In this document: positions 27,148-37,831 of the stretch, one piece after another | Position numbering within the stretch: the first letter of the stretch is position 1 | Layout: every line of letters begins with the position of its first letter | Assembly (NCBI GenBank): GCA_040954595.2 | Contig: CM082585.2 | Location: 1,178,318 to 1,242,317 of the forward strand | DNA length: 64,000 bases | Source of the DNA: Balanoglossus misakiensis | Lineage: Eukaryota; Animalia; Hemichordata | Reading direction: 5' to 3' | Notes under the pieces: generated by a model | What the model was told of the DNA's origin: nothing | Database searches by the model: none | The model's input: only the letters and a program-made list of their open reading frames with translations | Position numbers and translations under genes: made by a program

Positions 27148-29161
27148 TAGCGTCAAGGACACTGTGGTCCCATTTGACTCTGAGGACATAGCACATAGCA
27201 ACATAGCAATAAGCATATCTGCTCTGGATGCCAAGATATGGAAAAGTAGGTCAAAGGTCACCTGAGGTCATGCAAAATTTGGGCAAGAAATTTTGACCCT
27301 ATACTGGTCCATGTTGAACAAAAACCAAACCTATAGCCCTATTGGTTAGCCTGTAATTAGGTATGCACATAATTAATGAGATATGCAGGTGTCACAGGTG
27401 ACCCATATTTTGGCTTTTCAATTTTAGTCCCAACCCTCCAAACGCGAAGTCTGTATTTGCTCTGGATGCCAAGATATGATAAAGTAGGTCAAAGGTCACC
27501 TGAGGTCATGCAAAATTTGGGCAAGAAATTTTGACTTTATACTGGTCCATGTTCAATAAAAACCAAACCTATAGCCTTATTGGTTAGCCTAGGATTAGGT
27601 ATGCACATAATTAATGAGATATGCAGGTGTCACAGGTGACCCCCAATTTTGGCTTTTCAATTTTAGTGCCAACCCTCCAAACGCCAAGTCTGTACCTGCT
27701 CTAGATGCCAAGATATGGTAAAGTAGGTCAAAGGTCACCTAAGGTCATGCAAAATTTGGGCAAGAAATTTTGACCCTATACTGGTCCATGTTCAACAAAA
27801 ACCAAACCTATAGCCTTATTGGTTAGCCTAGGATTAGGTATGCACATAATTAATGAGATATGCAGGTGTCACAGGTGACCCCCAATTTGGCTTTTCAATT
27901 TTAGTGCCAACCCTCCAAACGCCAAGTCTGTACCTGCTCTAGATGCCAAGATATGGTAAAGTAGGTCAAAGGTCACCTAAGGTCATGCAAAATTTGGGCA
28001 AGAAATTTTGACCCTATACTGGTCCATGTTCAACAAAAACCAAACCTATAGCCTTATTGGTTAGCCTGGAATTAGGTATGCACATAATTAATGAGATATG
28101 CAGGTTTCACAGGTGACCCCCAATTTTGGCTTCTCAATTTTAGTGCCAATCCTCCAAACGCCAAGTCTGTACCTGCTCTGGATGCCAAGATATGGAAAAG
28201 TAGGTCAAAGGTCACCTGAGGTCATGCAAAATTTGGGCAAGAAATTTTGACCCTATACTGGTCCATGTTCAACAAAAACCAAACCTATAGCCCTATTGGT
28301 TAGCCTGGAATTAGGTATGCACATAATTAATGAGATATGCAGGTGTCACAGGTGACCCATACATATTTTGGCTTTTCAATTTTAGTCCCAACCCTCCAAA
28401 CGCCAAGTCTGTACCTGCTCTGGATGCCCAGATATAGGAAAGTAGGTCAAAGGTCACCTGAGGTCACCCAAAATTTGGGCAAGAAATTTTGACTCTATAC
28501 TGGTCCATGTCCCACAAGAACGAAACCTCTAGCCCTATTAATTAGCCCGGAATTAGGTATGCACATAATTAATGTATTAAGCAGGTGTTACAGGTGAGCC
28601 CAAAAATTTGCCTTTTATTTTGGCCCCATTGTGCTCACTGGCCAATAGACAGTCACTGTACAGGACTATTGCACAGACCAGAATTCCACAATAAGACGTG
28701 GACATAGCTTAACCATAGAGGTATAAGTAAAGGTATAAATTTAATAAAAAGACTAAAAAATTCATAAAAAATAAAACATCCATGATATCAACTTAACACT
28801 TACAGGTCGGTGTGAGGTTGACATAAGGTACGTACATATCAATTTTCAAAGCAATCTGACCAGTAATTGTTGAGTTACAGAGTTTTGATCAATTTCACAT
28901 TTTACAAGCTAATTTGCATATTTTTGGGCCTGGCATCTTCGTTTGGACAAACTCCCATCTACAGCCCAGCCTGCACCTACACACCAAATATTGAGGTGAT
29001 ACGCGCAGCGGTTTTCAAGTTTTTGATGTGGACGGACATACAGACATACATCCATACATCCATACATCCATACATCCATACATCCATCCATCCATACATA
29101 CATACAGACGCAACCCATCCCATAAGGTCCCATGGTATATAGGCCTATACCAATGGGACCT
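27148..29161 (-). mobile_element. Non-autonomous Helentron / DINE-1-like element (HINE), copy 2, 2014 bp
   Basis: Same termini as copy 1 (TAGCGTCAAGGACACTGTGGTCCCATTT ... CCAATGGGACCT), two more central repeat units, a longer microsatellite (about 29032-29110) and scattered substitutions. Hairpin at 29125-29161. Confidence 0.9.
27221..28620. repeat. Central tandem repeat of HINE copy 2, ~238-242-bp unit, about 6 units
   Basis: GTAGGTCAAAGGTCACCT recurs at 27246, 27484, 27723, 27961, 28200 and 28442. Confidence 0.95.
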
Positions 29162-30817
29162 AAAAAATGACACATTTTCGATTATGCAAAATCTCAAAAT
29201 TTCGTCGATTTTTGAAAAAAAATCATGGGTAAAAATCATCAAAAAATGACAAATTTTCGTCTTTGCAAAATCTTAAAATTTCGTCGATTTTTGAAACAAA
29301 TCATGGGTGAAAATCATCAAAAAATGACACATTTTCGACTTTGCAAAATCTAAAAATTTCGTCGATTTTTGAAAAATAATATGAGTGAAAATCATCAAAA
29401 AATGGCAAATTTTCGACTTTGCAAAATCTCAAAATTTCGTCCATTTAAAAAAAAAAAACATGGGGGAAAATCATCAAAAAATGACAAATTTTCGACTTTG
29501 CAAAATCTCAAAATTTCGTCGATTTATGAAAAAAAATCATGGGTGAAAATCATCAAAAAATGACAAATTTTCGTCTTTGCAAAATCTCAAAATTTCGTCC
29601 ATTTTAAAAAAAAAACATGGGGCAAAATCATCAAAAAATGACAAATTTTCGACTTTGCAAAATCTCAAAATTTCGTCGATTTTTGAAAAAAAATCATGGG
29701 TGAAAATCATCAAAAAATGACAAATTTTCGTCTTTGCAAAATCTCAAAATTTCGTCCATTTTTGAATAAAAATCATGGGTAAAAATCATCAAAAATGACA
29801 AATTTTCGTCTTTGCTATATCTCAAAATTTCGTCGGTTTTTGAAAAATAATATGGGTGAAAATCATCAAAAAATGACAAATTTTCGACTTTGCAAAATCT
29901 TAAAATTTCGTCGATTTTTGAAAAAAATCATCAAAAAATGACAAATTTTCGACTTTGCAAAATCTCAAAATTTCGTCAATATTTGAAAAATTCATGGGTA
30001 AAAATCATCAAAAAATGACAAATTTTCGTCTTTGCTAAATCTCAAAATTTCGTCGGTTTTTGAAAAATAATATGGGTGAAAATCATCAAAAAATGACAAA
30101 TTTTCGACTTTGCAAAATCTCAAAATTTCGTCCATTTTTGAAAAAAAATCATGGGTAAAAATCATCAAAATATGACAAATTTTCGTCTTTGCAAAATCTC
30201 AAAATTTCGTCCATTTTAAAAAAAAAACATGGGGGAAAATCATCAAAAAATGACAAATTTTCGACTTTGCAAAATCTCAAAATTTCGTCGATTTTTGAAA
30301 AAAAATCATGGGTGAAAATCATCAAAAAATGACAAATTTTCGTCTTTGCAAAATCTCAAAATTTCGTCCATTTTTGAATAAAAATCATGGGTAAAAATAA
30401 TCAAAAATGACAAATTTTCGTCTTTGCAAAATCTCAAATTTTCGTCGATTTTTGAAAAAAAATCATGGGAGAAAATCATCAAAAAATGACAAATTTTCGA
30501 CTTTGCAAAATCTCAACATTTCGTCGATTTTTGAAAAAAATCATGGGTGAAAATCATCAAAAAATGACAAATTTTCGACTTTGCAAAGTCTCAACATTTC
30601 GTCGATTTTTGAAAAAATCATGGGTGAAAATCATCAAAAAATGACAAAATTTTCGACTTTGCAAAATCTCAAAATTTCGTCGATTTTGAAAAAAATCATA
30701 GGTTCGTCGATTTTTTAAAAAAAAACATGGGTGAAAATCATCAAAAAATGACAAATCTTTGACTTTGCAAAATCTCACAATTTCGTCGATTTTCGTCCAT
30801 TTAAAAAAAAAATCATG
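29162..30817. repeat. 78-bp satellite, block 3
   Basis: Same monomer, with somewhat more private substitutions. Confidence 0.98.
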
Positions 30818-30981
30818 TAGGTAACATTGCGATCAACGGCATAATGTTACCCAATTAAGCAACTCGAAAAGGGGCGCCCTCAACCTCAAACGAGCCTCAA
30901 AAATCCCATAATCCATCACTCACGGCCACTTCAAGGGTTCGGAGCGTGTCCTGCAGTGCTCGCTCTCTCTGCCTCAATTTC
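30818..30981 (+). repeat. Split direct repeat A (other copies 35734-35897, 41391-41554, 47048-47211)
   Basis: TAGGTAACATTGCGATC...GCCTCAATTTC occurs four times and starts with the inverted repeat GGTAACATT...AATGTTACC. Confidence 0.93.
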
Positions 30982-30998
30982 AATTTCTCACCGTTATT

Positions 30999-33900
30999 AT
31001 GGAGAACGCTGAACAACAGCTGCTGGATTTGGGAATAGAGCCCAGTCCAGTCGCCAAAAAGGGACCTGCAACTCGCAGTAAGACTACGACAAGAGCATCG
31101 ACCGGTCGAAAAGTTCGCGTGGTCCCCCCCACCAAACTTTCCAAAGTACCAATGGCGTCAGCTCGTTCGAAAGGCGGGAAATGTAGCAAACCTGTCAAGG
31201 AAGAAGACACTTCATCTGACGGGGAAGATGTGAGGTCAGAGAAAGAGAAGTTGCAGGCGGAGATAGCGAGACTGCAGGAGCAATCTGAAGTAGACAATTT
31301 AAGAAAACAACTAAAAGAAATGAAACTGGAGAAGGAACGACGCAGCCCGCCAGCTGCTTCGAGCGGAAGTCCCAGAAGTCACGACCTGAGTCAACTCACG
31401 CTACCCGATCTCAAGAGGATGGCGAAAGAAGACTCACAATTGCAGTGGTCGTTACCATCAGGCAGTCCGTGGCTACCAGCGACAGGGGCCGCTGGCGGCG
31501 GTGAAGACCTCCAACCGAACCAACTCCTGGCACAGTCCGGTTTATACACAGCAGCGCAGAGCAAAGCAGGTAACGTACCAATGAAATCGATGCGGTTCAA
31601 CACCAGAACCGATCGTGTGCGACAGCACGTCCTATGGCCGCACATGTTCGTCAGGGCTCGGACATTCTCGGGCGCCCCACCAAAATTCGATGATATGTCA
31701 ATGGCGGAATTTGTGGAAGGTAATCTCGCGATAGTGCAACTTCCTACTTTGAGTGACACAGAGAAACAGCAGCGATTACAACACTTACAGTCGCTTATGA
31801 AAGACGCCAATTTGTTCCCCTGGGACGCCATCTTGAAGTTCGAGGGCGCGCTCCTCTCTGACATGGAGTCAGGACTCAGAACATGGGCAAATGACACCGC
31901 AGATCTGAGAGAGCTATATTTGCTGCCGCGTATCGGCGAGATCAGACGGGATAAAACAGCGGACAAATCCAAAAAGAAGGATCAGATTAATGTATGTTTC
32001 AAATACCAAAGTAACAAGTGCGAGAAGGAGGATTGCGCATTCAAACACATATGTGAAGCCTGCATGAAGTTGCGTAACAACCTGGCCAAGCATCCCAAGA
32101 TTGCCTGCCCCTGGAAGGATAAGGCCTTTAGAGAGCAAGAGAGCAACAAGTTGACCGATAGTTCTGGCAAAGCAGAGGTAGATAAGTCTAAACAAGACTC
32201 TCATGACTGTGACAGCAATTTAATTCCTAAATTGAACCATAGAGTCAAAAGTGCAGGCACGGAGTGTAATATCAATGACTTTTATACATTGATGGGCATC
32301 ACAGATCAGGCAGTGCACAAGTGTGATCGCTCTGTACAAACTGACATGGAGATTGATATTTCAAGAAGCCTGTCAATGTGCAACCCGGAGGTTTTGCGGG
32401 ATGCTATTGTTAACCCTAGTAGTATTTCTGAACCAGTGCTTTCGATTGACGAGCCAGTAACATGTACCATTGCCAATGTTGCCTCTGAACACACAGGTTG
32501 TTTTGATACCTCTGTTAGCAGGGATAATGTTGACAAATACCTTTGTAAAACTCATACAGTTGATTTGATAGAACCTGATATTGAGACTGATCTTGACAAG
32601 CAAATCCCTATTGAATCACTAGCCCATACCGTCGGTGATACCACTGAATTTGCATGTGAGATTAGCGCTCATGGTTCCTCTGACGGTATGATCAGTGATG
32701 ACCACGATGTCTTTGTTAGTGATATGTTTACTGTGGAAAATGTTCCAAATATGGGGCCTCCCAACCCCACCCTTGTTGATCACAGTGTTCCAGACACTTA
32801 TCCACTGGGCAATGATATGCAGTATTCTGAGTTATCAGATACTCCCGTGGGCGGGGATGTCTGTCCCCCGTCGTCATGGCCACAAGCGTCACCCCTTGAT
32901 TTAACAGAAGTTATAACCGTTCATGACATAGTTGTTGAATCAGGTTTACCAAATTCTCAATTTTGCAGAATACCCGTTTCATCAAATCTTCAAATCCCAA
33001 TTTGGCGAGCCGAATTGCAGCAATATGATGACAAAATCATCTGCGATTACCTACAATATGGTTGGCCCGTCTACTATACAGCCTCAGAATTGCCATACTC
33101 TACAGTGAAAAACCACCCATCAGCTATAAATTACTCGGCGCATGTCGACAACTGGATCATTAACGAAGTCGCAGCCGGGGCTACAGCGGGTCCGTTCTTA
33201 ACTAACCCCCTTGCCACACCACTCAGTACTTCCCCCATTCAGACTGTCGAAAAAAAAGATAGTGTTAATCGGCGTATAGTCTTTGATCTTAGTTCCCCAA
33301 TCCACCATTCAGTAAATGACGGTATCCCCAAAGGGGAATATCTTGGGGAGAGTTTTCAGCTTCAATATCCTTCCATTGATGATTTCACTGCAATGATGAC
33401 CCGTAAGGGCAGGGGATGCCTCCTATTTAAGCGCGATTTAAGCAGAGCTTATCGGCAAATACCAGTCGATCCAGCGGACTACCATTTGCTGGGCTACACG
33501 TGGCGTAATTTATTGTTCTTTGACCTTACATTGCCATTTGGCTTGCGAACCGCAGCGCTAGCCTGCCAGCGCACCACTAATGCGGTTTCTTATATCTATT
33601 CCACGAAAGGGTATGACTGTGTTAATTACCTTGACGACTTCGGTGGTGCAGAGACCTCCAACAAAGCCCACAAGGCATTTGCGGAGCTAGGTGACACGCT
33701 GGATAGACTGGGTTTGCAAGAAGCCAAACACAAAGCGGTGCCCCCGTCATCAATCATGACTTTTCTTGGAATCCAGTTGAACTCCCTTACAATGACTATG
33801 GAAGTTACTCCTGACCGGCTTAATGAAATAGAGCAAGAGCTGGGTGTATGGGTCACTAAAACAAAAGCAACTAAGCGCGAGCTGCAATCACTCATAGGCA

Positions 33901-34565
33901 AGCTTTCCTTTATTGCCAAATGTGTCAAGCCTGGTAGGCTATTCCTGGCGAGAATGCTAGATGTGTTGCGTACCGTCACCCGCAATCACTACCATCTAAA
34001 CAGTGATTTCAAGGCAGATCTACGGTGGTGGATTAATTTCATTAGGGTTTATAATGGGGTGTCTCTCATTAAAGAGTCAGGTTGGTGCCCGCCAGATGAA
34101 ATATTTTCTTCGGATGCATGCCCAACAGGGGGAGGGGGGCTTTGCGACAACGAGTATTTCCACGTGGAGTTCCCTGACTTTGTAAAGGTTGGGGACCCTC
34201 ACATTAATGCCCTCGAATTACTCACTATTACTATAGCGGCAAAAATTTGGGGTGATAGATGGTCTGGAAAGAAAATACAGGTCTCTTGCGACAACCAGGC
34301 AACAGTTTGGGTCATTAATACCGGTAGAGCTAGGGATAAACTAATGCTGTCTTGCTTGAGGGAATTATGGCTGGTAGCAGCGATTCACGAGTTTGAGCTA
34401 CGTGCTGTGCACATCGCAGGCACCGAGAACCGGCTGGCTGATGCGCTCAGTCGCTGGCATCTTGACCCAAGTTATGAGCAACTCTTCAAATCATCTGTTA
34501 ATATTTCTCAAATGACCGAGCACCCAGTCGCCGAGGATGACATTCGCTTTCTCAATGAGTGGTGA
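30999..34565 (+). CDS. Gag-RT-RNase H polyprotein, copy 1 (open frame, 1188 aa)
   Basis: Coiled coil; Cys/His knuckle CFKYQSNKCEKEDCAFKHICEAC..H...C; RT motifs RRIVFDLS, KRDLSRAYRQIP, LPFGLR, YLDDF, FLGI; DIRS-type RNase H motifs SDAC, INALEL, CDNQA, NRLADALSR. Confidence 0.93.
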   Translation: MENAEQQLLDLGIEPSPVAKKGPATRSKTTTRASTGRKVRVVPPTKLSKVPMASARSKGGKCSKPVKEEDTSSDGEDVRSEKEKLQAEIARLQEQSEVDNLRKQLKEMKLEKERRSPPAASSGSPRSHDLSQLTLPDLKRMAKEDSQLQWSLPSGSPWLPATGAAGGGEDLQPNQLLAQSGLYTAAQSKAGNVPMKSMRFNTRTDRVRQHVLWPHMFVRARTFSGAPPKFDDMSMAEFVEGNLAIVQLPTLSDTEKQQRLQHLQSLMKDANLFPWDAILKFEGALLSDMESGLRTWANDTADLRELYLLPRIGEIRRDKTADKSKKKDQINVCFKYQSNKCEKEDCAFKHICEACMKLRNNLAKHPKIACPWKDKAFREQESNKLTDSSGKAEVDKSKQDSHDCDSNLIPKLNHRVKSAGTECNINDFYTLMGITDQAVHKCDRSVQTDMEIDISRSLSMCNPEVLRDAIVNPSSISEPVLSIDEPVTCTIANVASEHTGCFDTSVSRDNVDKYLCKTHTVDLIEPDIETDLDKQIPIESLAHTVGDTTEFACEISAHGSSDGMISDDHDVFVSDMFTVENVPNMGPPNPTLVDHSVPDTYPLGNDMQYSELSDTPVGGDVCPPSSWPQASPLDLTEVITVHDIVVESGLPNSQFCRIPVSSNLQIPIWRAELQQYDDKIICDYLQYGWPVYYTASELPYSTVKNHPSAINYSAHVDNWIINEVAAGATAGPFLTNPLATPLSTSPIQTVEKKDSVNRRIVFDLSSPIHHSVNDGIPKGEYLGESFQLQYPSIDDFTAMMTRKGRGCLLFKRDLSRAYRQIPVDPADYHLLGYTWRNLLFFDLTLPFGLRTAALACQRTTNAVSYIYSTKGYDCVNYLDDFGGAETSNKAHKAFAELGDTLDRLGLQEAKHKAVPPSSIMTFLGIQLNSLTMTMEVTPDRLNEIEQELGVWVTKTKATKRELQSLIGKLSFIAKCVKPGRLFLARMLDVLRTVTRNHYHLNSDFKADLRWWINFIRVYNGVSLIKESGWCPPDEIFSSDACPTGGGGLCDNEYFHVEFPDFVKVGDPHINALELLTITIAAKIWGDRWSGKKIQVSCDNQATVWVINTGRARDKLMLSCLRELWLVAAIHEFELRAVHIAGTENRLADALSRWHLDPSYEQLFKSSVNISQMTEHPVAEDDIRFLNEW

Positions 34566-35583
34566 CTGATTTTATTTTTATTTCAGATCACTGCCAAACT
34601 ATCCAAGCCTTAGACGCTCAAATCGCTATCTCAATGAGGTCAGCATTAGCGGAAGGAACTCGTCGGAATTTGTCGTCACAGTTGAAGAGTTACTTCCTGT
34701 TTTGTCAGTTTTTCAATTTTACTCCTGTTCCAGCATCTGTTCTTACAGTGTGTAGATTTATCCAGTTTCTTGCAAGATCAGTAACTGCTACTGGCACCAT
34801 TCAGAATTATTTGTACGCAATTCGTACCTTGCATAGAATCCATGGCTTCACGCCATTGGCCGCTGATCAGTATGTTGTCAAATTACTTTTGAAATGTCTT
34901 TCCCGTAGCACTTTCCAGCCAGTGAGGCAGAAATTACCCATCACCCCCCAGTTGTTGCTACAGTTTTTCGGGCTTCTAGATGTGGCTGTTCCATTCGATG
35001 TTACTTTGTGGGCATGCCTTTTGATAGGGTTTTTCTCCTTTTTTCGCAAGTCAAATCTTGTTCCGAAGTCTGCAACCGACTTTGATCCGGCTAAACACCT
35101 CTGTAGGGGTAAAGTCATTTCCTCAGATTCTGGCCTTATAATCGGCGTGACTTGGTCAAAAACCATTCAGTTTCGCGAACGCTGTTTGACTATTCCACTT
35201 GCCCGCATTCCAGGTTCGGTGTTGTGCCCTTTACAGGCATACAATCACATGTGTGAGATCATCCCAGCCCCACCCTCTAGCCCAGCATTCATTTTCCCAA
35301 ATGTGGCAAATTGGTCCCCTTGACCCATTCAGGGCTGGTGAAAAGTATCAAATGTTTAGTTCAGAGGGCAGGCTTTCCTGCTGACATGTACTCGGGTCAC
35401 AGCCTCCGTCGTGGGGGTGCAACCTTTGCATTCGAAAGTGGGGTCCCTGGGGAGCTTATCAAACTCCAAGGGGATTGGCAATCCAGCGCGTATCTCCGTT
35501 ATCTTAACATTCCATTTCAGACTCGTTATCTGGTGTCCTTTCAAATGGGTCAGCATATTAAAGACATCTCCGCGTCACACTGA
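34559..35583 (+). pseudogene. Tyrosine recombinase, copy 1, frameshifted near 35291-35295
   Basis: Matches the YR of copies 2 and 3 but reads GCATTCATTTTCCC instead of GCATTTGTTTTTCCC (1 nt shorter). This separates the HSLRRG and catalytic Tyr part (ORF 35311-35583) from the N-terminal part. Confidence 0.85.
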
Positions 35584-35627
35584 TTTTACTGTGGCACTAG
35601 CAGAGAGGCGGACCGGGTTTGGCAGTG

Positions 35628-35733
35628 GTTGGGCCTGCAAGAGCCCCCAGTTCACGTAAATAAATAATGGCTCTTGCCTTCAGCTGCCAAACCTGTGTCC
35701 TTGGTTTGTGTGTTAGAGAGATCTCAAGTAATT
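35628..35733 (+). repeat. Split direct repeat B (other copies 41285-41390, 46942-47047, 47360-47465), containing AATAAA
   Basis: GTTGGGCCTGCAAGAGC...GAGATCTCAA(G/A)TAATT occurs four times. AATAAA at 35659-35664 is followed by a GT-rich tract. Confidence 0.93.
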
Positions 35734-35914
35734 TAGGTAACATTGCGATCAACGGCATAATGTTACCCAATTAAGCAACTCGAAAAGGGGCGCCCTCAAC
35801 CTCAAACGAGCCTCAAAAATCCCATAATCCATCACTCACGGCCACTTCAAGGGTTCGGAGCGTGTCCTGCAGTGCACGCTCTCTCTGCCTCAATTTCAAT
35901 TTCTCACCGTTATT

Positions 35915-37831
35915 ATGGAGAACGCTGAACAACAGCTGCTGGATTTGGGAATAGAGCCCAGTCCAGTCGCCAAAAAGGGACCTGCAACTCGCAGTAAGAC
36001 TACGACAAGAGCATCGACCGGTCGAAAAGTTCGCGTGGTCCCCCCCACCAAACTTTCCAAAGTACCAATGGCGTCAGCTCGTTCGAAAGGCGGGAAATGT
36101 AGCAAACCTGTCAAGGAAGAAGACACTTCATCTGACGGGGAAGATGTGAGGTCAGAGAAAGAGAAGTTGCAGGCGGAGATAGCGAGACTGCAGGAGCAAT
36201 CTGAAGTAGACAATTTAAGAAAACAACTAAAAGAAATGAAACTGGAGAAGGAACGACGCAGCCCGCCAGCCGCTTCGAGCGGAAGTCCCAGAAGTCACGA
36301 CCTGAGTCAACTCACGCTACCCGATCTCAAGAGGATGGCGAAAGAAGACTCACAATTGCAGTGGTCGTTACCATCAGGCAGTCCGTGGCTACAAGCGACA
36401 GGGGCCGCTGGCGGCGGTGAAGACCTCCAACCGAACCAACTCCTGGCACAGTCCGGTTTATACACAGCAGCGCAGAGCAAAGCAGGTAACGTACCAATGA
36501 AATCGATGCGGTTCAACACCAGAACCGATCGTGTGCGACAGCACGTCCTATGGCCGCACATGTTCGTCAGGGCTCGGACATTCTCGGGCGCCCCACCAAA
36601 ATTCGATGATATGTCAATGGCGGAATTTGTGGAAGGTAATCTCGCGATAGTGCAACTTCCTACTTTGAGTGACACAGAGAAACAGCAGCGATTACAACAC
36701 TTACAGTCGCTTATGAAAGACGCCAATTTGTTTCCCTGGGACGCCATCTTGAAGTTCGAGGGCGCGCTCCTCTCTGACATGGAGCCAGGACTCAGAACAT
36801 GGGCAAATGACACCGCAGATCTGAGAGAGCTATATTTGCTGCCGCGTATCGGCGAGATCAGACGGGATAAAACAGCGGACAAATCCAAAAAGAAGGATCA
36901 GATTAATGTATGTTTCAAATACCAAAGTAACAAGTGCGAGAAGGAGGATTGCGCATTCAAACACATATGTGAAGCCTGCATGAAGTTGCGTAACAACCTG
37001 GCCAAGCATCCCAAGATTGCCAGCCCCTGGAAGGATAAGGCCTTTAGAGAGCAAGAGAGCAACAAGTTGACCGATAGTTCTGGCAAAGCAGAGGTAGATA
37101 AGTCTAAACAAGACTCTCATGACTGTGACAGCAATTTAATTCCTAAATTGAACCATAGAGTCAAAAGTGCAGGCACGGAGTGTAATATCAATGACTTTTA
37201 TACATTGATGGGCATCACAGATCAGGCAGTGCACAAGTGTGATCGCTCTGTACAAACTGACATGGAGATTGATATTTCAAGAAGCCTGTCAATGTGCAAC
37301 CCGGAGGTTTTGCGGGATGCTATTGTTAACCCTAGTAGTATTTCTGAACCAGTGCTTTCGATTGACGAGCCAGTAACATGTACCATTGCCAATGTTGCCT
37401 CTGAATATACAGGTTGTTTTGATACCTCTGTTAGCAGGGATAATGTTGACAAATACCTTTGTAAAACTCATACAGTTGATTTGATAGAACCTGATATTGA
37501 GACTGATCTTGACAAGCAAATCCCTATTGAATCACTAGCCCATACCGTCGGTGATACCACTGAATTTGCATGTGAGATAAGCGCTCATGGTTCATCTGAC
37601 GGTATGATCAGTGATGACCACGATGTCTTTGTTAGTGATATGTTTACTGTGGAAAATGTTCCAAATATGGGGCCTCCCAACCCCACCCTTGTTGATCACA
37701 GTGTTCCAGACACTTATCCACTGGGCAATGATATGCAGTATTCTGAGTTATCAGATACTCCCGTGGGCGGGGATGTCTGTCCCCCGTCGTCATGGCCACA
37801 AGGGTCACCCCTTGATTTAAAGCAGAGGTAG
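35915..37831 (+). CDS. Gag plus linker, copy 2, truncated by the internal duplication
   Basis: Nearly identical to the copy 1 N-terminus. Ends LDLKQR* at the duplication junction; the last knuckle Cys is changed to Ser (IASPW). Confidence 0.85.
   Translation: MENAEQQLLDLGIEPSPVAKKGPATRSKTTTRASTGRKVRVVPPTKLSKVPMASARSKGGKCSKPVKEEDTSSDGEDVRSEKEKLQAEIARLQEQSEVDNLRKQLKEMKLEKERRSPPAASSGSPRSHDLSQLTLPDLKRMAKEDSQLQWSLPSGSPWLQATGAAGGGEDLQPNQLLAQSGLYTAAQSKAGNVPMKSMRFNTRTDRVRQHVLWPHMFVRARTFSGAPPKFDDMSMAEFVEGNLAIVQLPTLSDTEKQQRLQHLQSLMKDANLFPWDAILKFEGALLSDMEPGLRTWANDTADLRELYLLPRIGEIRRDKTADKSKKKDQINVCFKYQSNKCEKEDCAFKHICEACMKLRNNLAKHPKIASPWKDKAFREQESNKLTDSSGKAEVDKSKQDSHDCDSNLIPKLNHRVKSAGTECNINDFYTLMGITDQAVHKCDRSVQTDMEIDISRSLSMCNPEVLRDAIVNPSSISEPVLSIDEPVTCTIANVASEYTGCFDTSVSRDNVDKYLCKTHTVDLIEPDIETDLDKQIPIESLAHTVGDTTEFACEISAHGSSDGMISDDHDVFVSDMFTVENVPNMGPPNPTLVDHSVPDTYPLGNDMQYSELSDTPVGGDVCPPSSWPQGSPLDLKQR

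Noticed and set aside
25206-29249. ORFs over the HINE microsatellite (HPYIHTSI, MDVWMYG)
   Set aside because: Translations of a tetranucleotide repeat running into satellite.
1-30817. CRISPR-like array
   Set aside because: Units are contiguous with no unique spacers, there are no cas genes, and the context is eukaryotic with spliceosomal introns.
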